DNA of 64,000 nucleotides from Octopus bimaculoides (taxonomy: Eukaryota): assembly GCF_001194135.2 (NCBI RefSeq), contig NC_068985.1, positions 80,882,061 through 80,946,060 of the forward strand, in the 5' to 3' direction. Both the position numbers and the translations under genes were made by a program. How positions within the stretch are numbered: the stretch's first letter is position 1; each line of letters begins with the position of its first letter. The notes beneath the pieces were generated by a model that made no database searches, was not told the origin of the DNA, and saw nothing but the letters and a program-made list of their open reading frames with translations. Of this stretch, positions 51,115-63,636 are shown in pieces.

Positions 51115-51339
51115 TACAGTTGTCGGTTGTGGAACATGACTGTCACAACTACTACATAAACCTGATGATTGTGTAATGCATGAATGTACTAGTTTTATCA
51201 AAATAAATATATAATATCCTATTATTATAATATTGTAAAATTATAAAAATTGTAAATAATAAAATATGAAAATCAGACTATGTTAGAATTTCATTGATTA
51301 ATATATTTTTCTATACACAATCACACAAACTTGGAGATA
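51115..51339 (+). repeat. Unclassified interspersed repeat E, second copy
   Basis: Homologous to 13190-13388. Confidence 0.8.
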
Positions 51340-51430
51340 NNNNNNNNNNNNNNNNNNNNNNNNNNNNNNNNNNNNNNNNNNNNNNNNNNNNNNNNNNNNN
51401 NNNNNNNNNNNNNNNNNNNNNNNNNNNNNN

Positions 51431-52545
51431 ATATATATATATGCATGTGAAGGCTTCAAAGTGTTTGGGTATCAATCTGAGGACAGTGCAAAGGATGTGG
51501 AAAGAGTTGGATGAGTCTAATGATGATTACGAAGGTACAGCAGCTCAGAAAATGTCTTCTAATCGTTCTGATAAGAAAAGAACTCCTGAATTTGTTGGCT
51601 AGATCCAGGCCATTATTGACAACGATCCCTCCAAGTCAATCAGGTCCATCGCCAGGGACATGGGAGTGTCTGAGTTTCTTATCAGGCAGGCAGTGCATGA
51701 AGATATTTGGTATTCCTCATACAAGATGAGAAAGGCCTAATTTTTATCCAAAGCCATCAAGGACAAGAGGAAAGACCATGTTACGAAGCTTTTGAACTAA
51801 CTCAAGCATCTCCTCCAACCAAACATGCTTTGATTTTTTTCAGACAAGAAAAATTTCTTTCAAGATCAGATGGTGAACACACAGAACAAACATTGGCTTG
51901 TTGTGTTCCCAAAATATGTACCAAGAGTGAAAAAAAATCAAACATCTAGTCAACAACATGCTGTTTGAAGTGATCACTAGTGATGGCGATGTTATGCTTC
52001 CATTTATCTTCACACACGGCCTCAGACTCAACACAGAGGCCTACACCAAGTGCTTGGAGGAGATAGTGCTGGCCTGGGTCAAGAAGGTGGCTGCCGGAAG
52101 ACTCTATGTTTGGCAACAGGACTCTGCACTATGCCACACATGCAGGAGAACCCAGTCATGGCTGTCAGACAGTTTCTGCAACCACATCACCCCTAACATC
52201 TGGTCACCTAACTCCCCAGACTACAACCCCCTTGATTATTATGTGAGGGGTGCAGTTGAGTGAGAGACCAACAAAATTCCTTGTAACACTAAAGATGAAC
52301 TGAAGGTAAGGATTATGGCAATATTCACCAACTTAAACAAGGAAACCTTCCAGAAGAGTTGCAGGAGATTCTGAAGATATCTGGAGGCCATGGTTAAAGC
52401 CAATGAAGATTTTATTGAACAAATTTACTCTTTAGCATTTCAAGATATATTTATGTAATTTTGGTAAATATATTTGTTAAAATGAGATGTCAGTGTTATT
52501 TTCATTTTTGTGTAATTTAGATGACAATATATTCACTGCATAACT
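51431..52545 (+). mobile_element. Tc1/mariner DD37D (maT-type) transposon, decayed
   Basis: FFSD, WQQDSA...SPDYNPLDY with 37 residues between the 2nd and 3rd D; stops and frameshifts present. Confidence 0.85.
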
Positions 52546-54149
52546 ATATATATATATATATATAGTTATATTTTACATATTTACTGGGGTTTTTTTATGA
52601 CTGAAACTTTCAAAACACTTTTGCGTCAAATATTATACCTGAGACAGAGTTATAAAAATATTTATTTATAACATAATCTCCAGGTATGATATATGACTCA
52701 AACATATCNNNNNNNNNNNNNNNNNNNNNNNNNNNNNNNNNNNNNNNNNNNNNNNNNNNNNNNNNNNNNNNNNNNNNNNNNNNNNNNNNNNNNNNNNNNN
52801 NNNNNNNNNNNNNNNNNNNNNNNNNNNNNNNNNNNNNNNNNNNNNNNNNNNNNNNNNNNNNNNNNNNNNNNNNNNNNNNNNNNNNNNNNNNNNNNNNNNN
52901 NNNNNNNNNNNNNNNNNNNNNNNNNNNNNNNNNNNNNNNNNNNNNNNNNNNNNNNNNNNNNNNNNNNNNNNNNNNNNNNNNNNNNNNNNNNNNNNNNNNN
53001 NNNNNNNNNNNNNNNNNNNNNNNNNNNNNNNNNNNNNNNNNNNNNNNNNNNNNNNNNNNNNNNNNNNNNNNNNNNNNNNNNNNNNNNNNNNNNNNNNNNN
53101 NNNNNNNNNNNNNNNNNNNNNNNNNNNNNNNNNNNNNNNNNNNNNNNNNNNNNNNNNNNNNNNNNNNNNNNNNNNNNNNNNNNNNNNNNNNNNNNNNNNN
53201 NNNNNNNNNNNNNNNNNNNNNNNNNNNNNNNNNNNNNNNNNNNNNNNNNNNNNNNNNNNNNNNNNNNNNNNNNNNNNNNNNNNNNNNNNNNNNNNNNNNN
53301 NNNNNNNNNNNNNNNNNNNNNNNNNNNNNNNNNNNNNNNNNNNNNNNNNNNNNNNNNNNNNNNNNNNNNNNNNNNNNNNNNNNNNNNNNNNNNNNNNNNN
53401 NNNNNNNNNNNNNNNNNNNNNNNNNNNNNNNNNNNNNNNNNNNNNNNNNNNNNNNNNNNNNNNNNNNNNNNNNNNNNNNNNNNNNNNNNNNNNNNNNNNN
53501 NNNNNNNNNNNNNNNNNNNNNNNNNNNNNNNNNNNNNNNNNNNNNNNNNNNNNNNNNNNNNNNNNNNNNNNNNNNNNNNNNNNNNNNNNNNNNNNNNNNT
53601 ATATATATATATATATATATATATCTGTGTAAATGTCAATGAAATCCTCGGGCTATAGACAGATTGAGATAACAATGAGTTTATATTGACCATTCTTGTT
53701 GAATTTAGTATTTGTTGACTTCAATATCTTTCTTTTATGTAAAAGTCTGGAATGCTAACAGCTTACCATGTTTGTTTAAAAAATTGTTCTTCTCAAACAA
53801 TTTGATTATGAAAATATTTAATTCAATTGGAAATATATTGAAAGTAATAATTAATAATGAATAAAAACTCCATGCCTGTTGCTTTCATGAAGTATAGTCA
53901 CTATTATTAAGTTTTGTATCAATTATAAATGCTAATTTCTCTTCTTTAGTATCTTAAAAATAAATATCTTTGTGTAAACTTCTGTTAAATATCTTTTCAA
54001 ATTCTGGTTTCTTCTTATCATTTCTTCTCAAACTAAGTGCACTGTTGTTTATTTGTATTTCAAATTGTTCTGTAAATAGTTATTAATAACATAACTATTT
54101 CTGCATCTCTGTGTCTTGGCATATGCATTGTTATGACTATTTTTATTGT

Positions 54150-55050
54150 GTTCATAATACACCGTGTAGGTTCTGCCTTAGTATACACTTTTCTGTATGT
54201 TATTTGTGTCTAAGTTCTTGGATTTTGTTATATATTTACTGTATCACTTTTTATCATTCTAAAGGTGTCTTTTGAGATTTTATGTGAATTGTATTTTCAC
54301 ATCTGTTTTGAAGTTCTTTGTATTGAGATTGTATTTTTCTTTTCTCTTGGAGAGATATTGTCATCTGTTAGAATTCATATATAAATACTAAGATATCAAT
54401 TTTGTTTGATGGTCTTTGATAATCTTTGAGAAAAGTTATTTAATTGATGTGAAATGTTTTTCCCAGAGTGTCTGTACCATCTGTTTTCTGTAGGTGTTTC
54501 ATTAATCTATAATAATTTTCTGCAATGGAACCTTGAACTCAGTTATATATGTTTATATATTCTAACTACACATAGATAATGTCACTGAGTATTTCCCCAC
54601 ATCCTACGCATATTCTACAGTTATATTTTATACTATCTTCATTTTTGTTTTGAAAGTTTCTGGTCATTCATCTTTTACTCTTGGACCAAGATTAAAGTAA
54701 CTTCCTTTTATGCTGTGAGTCCCAGGTTTTTCAGCTAGCCAGGAATGTTTATCCATTTACATCCACATCCACTTCGCTCAAAAGTTAAGTATTGACCACG
54801 AGGTATTTTTACTCTTGTTGCTGTATGATATTTTGTAGTTCAATTTTTAGATTAGTTTTTCATTTTGTAGATTCTGATACTCATTGTTGGCTTTCTTGAC
54901 AACAAAATAACCTTTGTTTTGTACTTGCTAGGTCGCTAATTTTCAGTTGTTCTTTTTCTGGTGATTTTGGAATCTTGAGTGGCTATTTATGATAGTCTTC
55001 TAGTTGTAGAACACTCCTACCCCTTTGCTTTCATAGTAATTATAAATTCC
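54150..55050 (-). mobile_element. R4/Dong-like RLE LINE remnant
   Basis: Frameshifted fragments RGRSVLQLE, RGQYL, TRNFQ, CRIC..GE, NSNR, TDVKI in the order expected for post-RT region, zinc knuckle and RLE. Confidence 0.55.
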
Positions 55051-55811
55051 TGTGTTAGTGTTTGGTTGGAACACTCTAAAAATTGTCATTATTTTCCTGT
55101 TTTTCCTCTCTAAACATGCTAAATTACATACTCCAATTATGGTAATAGGAATTACCTTCCTCCTTTTCATTTTGTCTGCTTTCCATGCTGGTATTGGTTG
55201 GATGGGTGGTCATGATCTGATTTCAGATTTAAGTTAGTATCTTCATAGAGGGATTAGATTAACATCTCCTTCATATGTTTTGTTTGGGTTTGGTTTCTGG
55301 ATGCTCTTTCTAACTTAGCCACAACATAAAATGTACTGAGTACATTTTATTATGGCACCAGCACTAGGGAGATTAATGTCCTTGACAATACTAAAAGTTA
55401 CTCTTGGCCATATGTTATTTTTACTCATTTGCTGGCCATTTTACAGATTGAACTGGGTGCATTTTATTGTACACCAGTACTTCTGTGGTTGAATTGTACT
55501 CCCATTAGACATAAGATTCTTTACTACACTACAGTGTGCCTATTCTCCCCAGGTAAGGTGACCAAGAGGTTGAGAGGCAGATTGGGTGTTATAAAAAGTA
55601 ACAGGATGGGGTGAGGGTGAAGAAAGTGGGTAGTTTTAGAACTTATTTAAATTTTAAGCTTTAGTCTAATGCATCTATAATATTCTTTCTTAAGTTTTTC
55701 TTTTTACTTGCCTAAATTGTATTTTATTCAGTTCACTGATTTTTAGTCATCTTTCCTTGGTATTACTCTCTTGGTTCTGTTTATTTATTGAAGATATTAA
55801 CTAATACATGA

Positions 55812-56020
55812 GGTGGCGAGCAGGCAGAATCATTAGCATACCATGCAAAATGCTTATTGGCATTTCGTTCATCTTCATGTTCTGAGTAAAAATTCTGCTG
55901 AGGTTGATTTTGTACTTCATTCTTTTGGGGTCAATAAAATAAGTACCAGTTGTGTACTGGGGCCGATGTAATCAACTTATCCCTCTTCCAATATTTCTGG
56001 CCTTGTGCCAAAATTTGAAA
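55812..56020 (+). mobile_element. SINE family B
   Basis: ggtggcgagcaggcagaatcattagc...ggggtcaataaaataagtaccag...ccaaaatttgaaa. Confidence 0.8.
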
Positions 56021-57189
56021 TTGATATATTAACTAATACAAGTATTATTTCTCAATGATAGGTGTTAATGTACATGAGTGAAGAAAGATAGCATTTCTAC
56101 TTAACCTTCCCCAAATTCTAAATCAAACTATTCTCATTTAGCTTACATATATAAGTATACTTAGTCTAGCTGTGAAGATTGTTTTGTATTCGTTTTCAAG
56201 TTAATGAAATGATCAACAACTAGACTATAACATTTTGTTTTTTCTCAAATTCTCTTAGATCTAAGATAGATCAGTTACATACTCAGTATTCCAATCACTT
56301 CCTACACAGCACTCCCATAGCCTAAATCTTCCTATTATCACATTGTCATGGCAAAACTTTATTATTTTCCCAATTTGATAGATATTTAACATGTTTTTTT
56401 TTACACTACTCTGATAAAGAATGCAGTTATCAAATACAACATTAGAATATGGTAATCTTTTATGATATTCAATTAAAGGCACATATGACAGTGAAAATAT
56501 CTACATCTTGAAAAGTTTATGTGTTAATCAAGTAGACCTTTGATTGAAAAAAAAATGCCTAGAGTTAATGAGGTTGCATATAGTGAACAATTAATTGCAA
56601 AGCACACTTTTCAGAATAACAAAGTAAGTTTATGTATATTAGTAGTAGTAGTATTATGGGAACTTGTTCTATAAAAGTATGTCACTGCATCCACATTTTT
56701 TTATGATTTCCCATTCTTGTTGGATGGCACCTTTGTATTACTCAGATGACAACCTTCCAACCCATTGGTCTGTTTGGGTATTCGTTGCTGGTGGGGGTTT
56801 TATGAGGTCAGAGTGCGAATCCTATCTCAACCTCTATTAATTGCCTTTTACAACATGCAGAGGAAATATTGAGTCTATTCTTTGGCATGCTGGTCTCCAC
56901 ACGGCACAATGATTATTATGTGTTTTGACAGTGTATTATATCAGATTTTGGATATGGTATCACGAAAAATGAAAGTTATTATTTTATTGTTGCTAGTGTA
57001 CTTTCTATCTTGATATTCCAGATATAAATCAAGTACAAAAGGAAAATGAAAAACAGACTGGGAAAAGTTCAAGTCCAGGCAATTTGGTCAGAAAAGAAGA
57101 ACTCGAAAAAGAAAAAGAAAACTTGAAAAGGGTGTGCATTACAGAAAAGTTTTATGCACTTCTTCTTTAGTTATTGTAGATAAATCATA

Positions 57190-57726
57190 ATGTGCACACT
57201 AGCACCAGTGGCAGCAGATGTAGGTCCACCAGCACCACCACCACCTTTGCTGCCACTGACATTACTACTACTACTGCCGTCACTGCTGCATGTGCCACTG
57301 CTGTTGTTGCTACCACCACTGTCACTGCTCCCACTGCTATCACTGCTGCTGCCACTGTTGTTGCTGTCTCTGCTATCACCAGTGCTGCTGCTGCTGTCTT
57401 CTCTTTCTCCACTACTGCCACTGCTACTGCTTTCTGCACTACCATTGTTGTTGCTGCTTCCACTGCTACTGCTGCTCCCACTGCTTTCACCTCGGCTGCT
57501 GCTTCTGCCACTCTTGCCACTTTTGCTGCTGCTTCTGCCACTCTTGCCGCTGCTGCGGCTATATACTGCCATCATTGTGATTGCTATGGCCACCTCTGCC
57601 ACCACCACCACCACCACCACCACCACCACCTTCATCTTTGTTCTCATTTTTCTTGTCATTTACTATGGTTTTCCTTTAGACAGTTGACTATTTTTTCTTT
57701 CCATCTATTCATTTTATTTATTTATT

Positions 57727-57773
<47 letters not shown>

Positions 57774-57790
57774 CATTATTATTATTTGGC
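57190..57790. repeat. Cryptic triplet low-complexity tract (CTG/CCA/CTA) plus (TTTA)n/(ATT)n
   Basis: Degenerate trinucleotide periodicity, open in several frames on both strands. Confidence 0.85.
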
Positions 57791-58132
57791 ATTTTGTTAG
57801 GCATTAGAATGTCAGATGCAGTGTAGACTTTACATTCGTACTAAATATGGAAAGATTATTTAACTACATAGTCTGTGAATATGCAATCCCAGAATGTTTT
57901 AATTATAAAATCTCTTAACCATTTTGTTTTCTGTTAACTTAAGTAATACTAGCTATTGGGTATCAATGCAGTAAAAATCTTGTGTTGTTTGCCATACTTA
58001 CTTTCAAGTATTCACATATTCAGACTATGTGTTTCTGCACAATAATACATCAAATATATTGTCATCCAACTGAAACAGTTCCTTTGAATTAAAATTCTTG
58101 AAATGTTCTAAAGTTAACTGTAAATTGTAAAG

Positions 58133-58135
58133 CAC

Positions 58136-58216
<81 letters not shown>
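58133..58216. repeat. (CA)n microsatellite, about 40 units
   Basis: Direct inspection. Confidence 0.95.
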
Positions 58217-58218
<2 letters not shown>

Positions 58219-59096
58219 AATGGTGTCTTCTTGGAACTTGTCAGAGCTTATCAGATTAAGTCAGTTTTTTTCTTTATTATTCTTTCACCATTGTTTTACT
58301 TTCATTTTTCATCTGTTTGCTTATATGGATGTTTTAAACACATTAAAAATGGTAATTCAGTCTCACTTCTCATGGCAATATTAGAATTTGCCTAATCTAA
58401 TCTTAAGCATTTAGCATTGCAGAATATTTAGTTAATTCTTATCAACCTGCCAAACATAATGATTATCAACCAGCACTTTTATAATTATTATTTGTAAAGT
58501 CATTTATCAAGAGTTTTGGCTAAAAAAAATGTTGCTTAAGTTCAAAAGACCAATCATATATTTAGCTTATCTGATTTAAATCTAATCTAGTAATTATTCA
58601 AATTTCATATTTCTCTAATTAAAATGGTAAAGTCTTGAATAGATGCAATGCTGAAAACTTGTATATTCATTGAAAATTTTGTTTCGCTTAAAATTATCAA
58701 TGCTCAGCTTTTAGAAAATAATTTATCTTCATTAATTATTATTTCCACATTGCTACAAATAAAGTACAATAATAATGAGGACTCATCACCATCATCATCA
58801 TTATTATCACCTTCATCATCTTCATTTACCTAGTCTTCATCATTATTGTACTGTATTTGTAATTTGTACTAATGTGGAAATAATAATTAATAGTGATTAA
58901 TTTTTATTTTCTAAGAACTGAAAACACAGTAGAAGTACACTACAATAATGATAAAGACTTGATAAATAAGATATTTCAGCTAAGATCAAAATAAGTACAG
59001 ACATACATATACTACTGCGAGGCATCTTGGGCATGTGCCTTCTCCTGTAGCCTAAGGGTACATGCACAAACACACACACACACACACACGCACACG

Positions 59097-59137
<41 letters not shown>

Positions 59138-59619
59138 AATATAAACAGCAGTGTGCAATGTTTCACCAAAAAAGTGATTTACAAATGTCACTAAATGTCA
59201 CAAGGGTGTTAGGAAACATCTACATTGCTAGAAATAAGAGGTAAACCACTCTAATACTGTAGTTAACGCACATGAATATAAACATATGCTCTAACAGGGA
59301 TCGTAATAATCAGGAAAAGTGCTGATTGAGAATTCCTAATTGTGACATTTCAGCAATTTTCATTGCCTCACCACTTAAGACAGTTCAACTTCGGTTCTTT
59401 CTGGACTCACTTTGCCATTAATATCTATGAAGGATCGTGGGTAAGGCCAGAACAGTGCAAAGTAAAAGCAAGGCAAATCACAAGAAAACAAATATATGAA
59501 TTAATGTGGACTTACCTTGCATTCAATATTTTAGAGTTATGACCCCATCCTCAAGAAATTAATGAAGGTTACAGATGTGCGTGTGTGAGTGTGTGTGGAG
59601 TGGACAAGCATGGAAAATT

Positions 59620-59633
59620 GTTGCTATAGCAAC
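59620..59633. promoter_or_regulatory. RFX X-box palindrome
   Basis: GTTGCTATAGCAAC, a perfect match to GTTGCYATRGCAAC, in non-repeat DNA. Confidence 0.45.
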
Positions 59634-60327
59634 CAGCTAGCTTCCTGTAACTCCCTTCTGTTGTGATGGTTGGTATCCTTTGGTGTATGAGGATGACCTC
59701 AGGGATTCCAAGGTTGCCCCTGTTGTACTGTGTTGCCTTCATGTGCACTGCAAATTCCCAGGTCTGGCATTTTCGTAGGTGTTTCTTCACAAAATTGTCT
59801 GCCTGCATATGTTATTTATGCATATATGCATTTAGTATATATGTTTTCATGATCCATATAATTGGATGATTTAGCAATTTGCTCATGTGTATATATATAT
59901 AATTAGTATAAAGAGCNNNNNNNNNNNNNNNNNNNNNNNNNNNNNNNNNNNNNNNNNNNNNNNNNNNNNNNNNNNNNNNNNNNNNNNNNNNNNNNNNNNN
60001 NNNNNNNNNNNNNNNNNNNNNNNNNNNNNNNNNNNNNNNNNNNNNNNNNNNNNNNNNNNNNNNNNNNNNNNNNNNNNNNNNNNNNNNNNNNNNNNNNNNN
60101 NNNNNNNNNNNNNNNNNNNNNNNNNNNNNNNNNNNNNNNNNNNNNNNNNNNNNNNNNNNNNNNNNNNNNNNNNNNNNNNNNNNNNNNNNNNNNNNNNNNN
60201 NNNNNNNNNNNNNNNNNNNNNNNNNNNNNNNNNNNNNNNNNNNNNNNNNNNNNNNNNNNNNNNNNNNNNNNNNNNNNNNNNNNNNNNNNNNNNNNNNNNN
60301 NNNNNNNNNNNNNNNNNNNNNNNNNNN

Positions 60328-60360
<33 letters not shown>

Positions 60361-60689
60361 TATATATATAAATTAATCAAAGGACATACTAAGTATGTCT
60401 ACCTGCTGGAAAAAGCAGTCAAAACTCTTATTTAAATTGCCAAAATACACTGTTAACTATATAAATCAACCATCTGAAGGTCAACAAGCTAGGACAATCC
60501 CTCAGCATACATTCAAGTATTTGGACTCACATGGACAGATTTCTGGACTGCCATAAAAGCCTCAACATCATGAGCATGTGTTACCATGATAGACAGCCCC
60601 AAACTATTGTGGTAAAGTCTGTGCTAAATCATAGCAGCCACCATCATTTCAATACGGAGCAAATAATTGACTTTAATAAAGTCAATGAT

Positions 60690-60910
60690 AGCTCTCCTGT
60701 GTGACCTCTCTATCCGGCATTCACCATGATAGATCACTAGCCACTAAACCTTTTTTATTTTATCTCCCTGTTTATTTCTGTGTTCCTTTCTGTCGAAGAG
60801 CATAGGCTTGAAACATAACAAACTTTCTCACTTCCCGAGTGTTAAACTAAAACATCTGTTTGTTGTTTACACACCTGTCTTCATCTTATGTTTTTTTGCA
60901 AATTCTTACT
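60690..60910 (+). mobile_element. PLE-type terminal fragment with degenerate minimal hammerhead
   Basis: cttt-CTGTCGA-a-gagc/atag/gctt-GAAA-cata at 60786-60817; same stem II type as 30317. Confidence 0.45.
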
Positions 60911-61018
60911 ATATGTGTGTGTGTGTACATATATATAGAGAGAGAGACAGATATAGATATGTATATATATATATGTATATATATATTTAAATATATATGT
61001 GGATTTAGAGATGTGTAA

Positions 61019-61082
<64 letters not shown>

Positions 61083-61901
61083 NNNNNNNNNNNNNNNNNN
61101 NNNNNNNNNNNNNNNNNNNNNNNNNNNNNNNNNNNNNNNNNNNNNNNNNNNNNNNNNNNNNNNNNNNNNNNNNNNNNNNNNNNNNNNNNNNNNNNNNNNN
61201 NNNNNNNNNNNNNNNNNNNNNNNNNNNNNNNNNNNNNNNNNNNNNNNNNNNNNNNNNNNNNNNNNNNNNNNNNNNNNNNNNNNNNNNNNNNNNNNNNNNN
61301 NNNNNNNNNNNNNNNNNNNNNNNNNNNNNNNNNNNNNNNNNNNNNNNNNNNNNNNNNNNNNNNNNNNNNNNNNNNNNNNNNNNNNNNNNNNNNNNNNNNN
61401 NNNNNNNNNNNNNNNNNNNNNNNNNNNNNNNNNNNNNNNNNNNNNNNNNNNNNNNNNNNNNNNNNNNNNNNNNNNNNNNNNNNNNNNNNNNNNNNNNNNN
61501 NNNNNNNNNNNNNNNNNNNNNNNNNNNNNNNNNNNNNNNNNNNNNNNNNNNNNNNNNNNNNNNNNNNNNNNNNNNNNNNNNNNNNNNNNNNNNNNNNNNN
61601 NNNNNNNNNNNNNNNNNNNNNNNNNNNNNNNNNNNNNNNNNNNNNNNNNNNNNNNNNNNNNNNNNNNNNNNNNNNNNNNNNNNNNNNNNNNNNNNNNNNN
61701 NNNNNNNNNNNNNNNNNNNNNNNNNNNNNNNNNNNNNNNNNNNNNNNNNNNNNNNNNNNNNNNNNNNNNNNNNNNNNNNNNNNNNNNNNNNNNNNNNNNN
61801 NNNNNNNNNNNNNNNNNNNNNNNNNNNNNNNNNNNNNNNNNNNNNNNNNNNNNNNNNNNNNNNNNNNNNNNNNNNNNNNNNNNNNNNNNNNNNNNNNNNN
61901 N

Positions 61902-63607
61902 GAGTTTCTACAGCTGGATGCCCCTCCTAACGCTAACCACTCCGAGAGTGTAGTGGGTGCTTTTACGTGCCACTGGCACGAAGGCCATTCAGGCGTTACT
62001 GGCAACGGCCACGCTCAGAATGGTGTATTTGACATGCAACCAGCACAGGAGCCACTCCAGTGCACTGGCAATAATCTCGCTCGAATGTCTTTTCACGTGC
62101 CAGGAAGGCGACATTGGTAACGATCACGCTGGTGCTATTTATGTGCCACCAGCATGGAAGCCGGACAGCTGCTCTGGCAACGATCACACTCAGATGGTGG
62201 TCTTAGTGCTCCACTAGTACAGGAGCTTTCGCTTGCCCCAACGGGTCTTCGCAAGCCGAGTTTAGTGTTCCTAGAAATTTAGTTTGATTTCAATTTCACT
62301 TGCCTCAACAGGTCTTCGCAAGCAGAGTTTAGTGTCCAAGGAAGGAGTGTTACGCGTAAGTGGGCTGGCTACACCCCTGGCAGAGGCCTTAGATTTTGGT
62401 CTCACTTGGCCTGCCAGGTCTTCTCATGCACAGCATATTTCCACAGGTCTCAGTCACAAGTCATTGCCTCGGTGAGGCCTAATGTTTGGAGGTCGTGCGT
62501 CACCACCTCATCCCAGGTCTTCCTGGGCCTGCCTCTTCCATGGGTTCCCTCAACCGCTAGGGTGTGGCACGTTTTCACACAGCTATCCTCATCTATTCTC
62601 ACCACATGTCCATACCAGCGCAGTCGTCTCTCTTGCACACCGCAACTGATGCTTCTTAGGTTCATCTTTTCTCTCAAGATACTTACACTCTGACGGGTAT
62701 GCACACTAACATTACTCATCCATTGGCGCATACTGGCTTCATTCCTTGCGAGCTTACGCATGTCCTCAGCGGTCACAGCCCATGTTTCATTGCTATGTAG
62801 CATAGCTGTTCGTACACATGTGTTATACAATCTGCATTGTCGCCAGCAGAGGTAAGAGCTCTCTGAACTTTGCCCAGGCTATTCTTATTCTAGCAGCTCC
62901 ATTTTCAGCGCACCCTCCCCCACTACTAACTTGGTCACCCAGATAGCGAAAGCTATCAACTACGTCTAGTTTTTCTCCCGGAATGAGACAGAAGTTGTTT
63001 TCTGCACATTTTCAGTGTTTATTGTACCTGAACATCTGCCACATACAAAGACTAACTTCCTAGTTAACCTGCCTTTGATATTGCTGCACTTCCTATGTGT
63101 CCATAGCTTGCACTGGGTACGTCTTATTGAGTTTCTACCTACACCTTTTCTACAGATCGAGCAGGGCCATCTACCTGAAGGGGTTTGTGTTTTGTCTGCC
63201 TTCCTACTTATTCAGACTTTGGTTTTAGCTAGGTTGACTCTAAGGCCCTTCGATTCTAGTCTTTGCTTCCACACCTGAAACTTCTCCTCTAGTTCTGATA
63301 GTGACTCAGCAATTAGTGCAAGGTCATCAGCATAGAGAAGCTCCCAGGGGCATCCTGTCTTGAATTCCTTTGTTATCACCTGGAGGACTATGATAAATAG
63401 GAGGGAGCTGAGGACAGAACGTTGGTGGACCCCTACCTCTACCCAGAATTCTTCACTGTACTCATTGCCAACTCTCACCTTACTGACAGTTTCTCTGTAC
63501 ATGGCTTGCACAGCTCTCACTAACCATTCTTCTATCCTTAGTTTCCTAATTGACCACCAGATAAGAGATTGAGGGACCCCATCAAAGGCTTTCTCCATGT
63601 CAACAAA
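61902..63607 (-). mobile_element. RTE-clade LINE, 5'-truncated (3' end in gap)
   Basis: FVDMEKAFDGVP, GVHQ, LLYADDL, PHD-like insert, GRGRPRKTW, 3' UTR array of five units. Confidence 0.93.
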
Positions 63608-63636
63608 ATCCATATATATATATGTACATATATATG

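Noticed and set aside
57171-57800. Five overlapping long ORFs (Ser/Gly, Ala/Val, Leu/Pro, Thr/Ala, Cys/His rich)
   Set aside because: Cryptic triplet repeat open in most frames on both strands, with no splice or domain support.
59569-59869. Overlapping 79-aa (-) and 68-aa (+) ORFs near the X-box
   Set aside because: No recognisable domain or clear splice pair; short ORFs are expected in a locally GC-richer patch.
409-61953. Dozens of ORFs made of YI/CV/HT/ER repeats or X runs
   Set aside because: Translations of (TA)n, (TG)n, (GA)n microsatellites or of N-gaps; not genes.
61956-62220. CRISPR-like repeat/spacer reading of the RTE 3' UTR array
   Set aside because: Linkers are homologous to one another (tandem repeat), the context is eukaryotic, and no cas genes are present.
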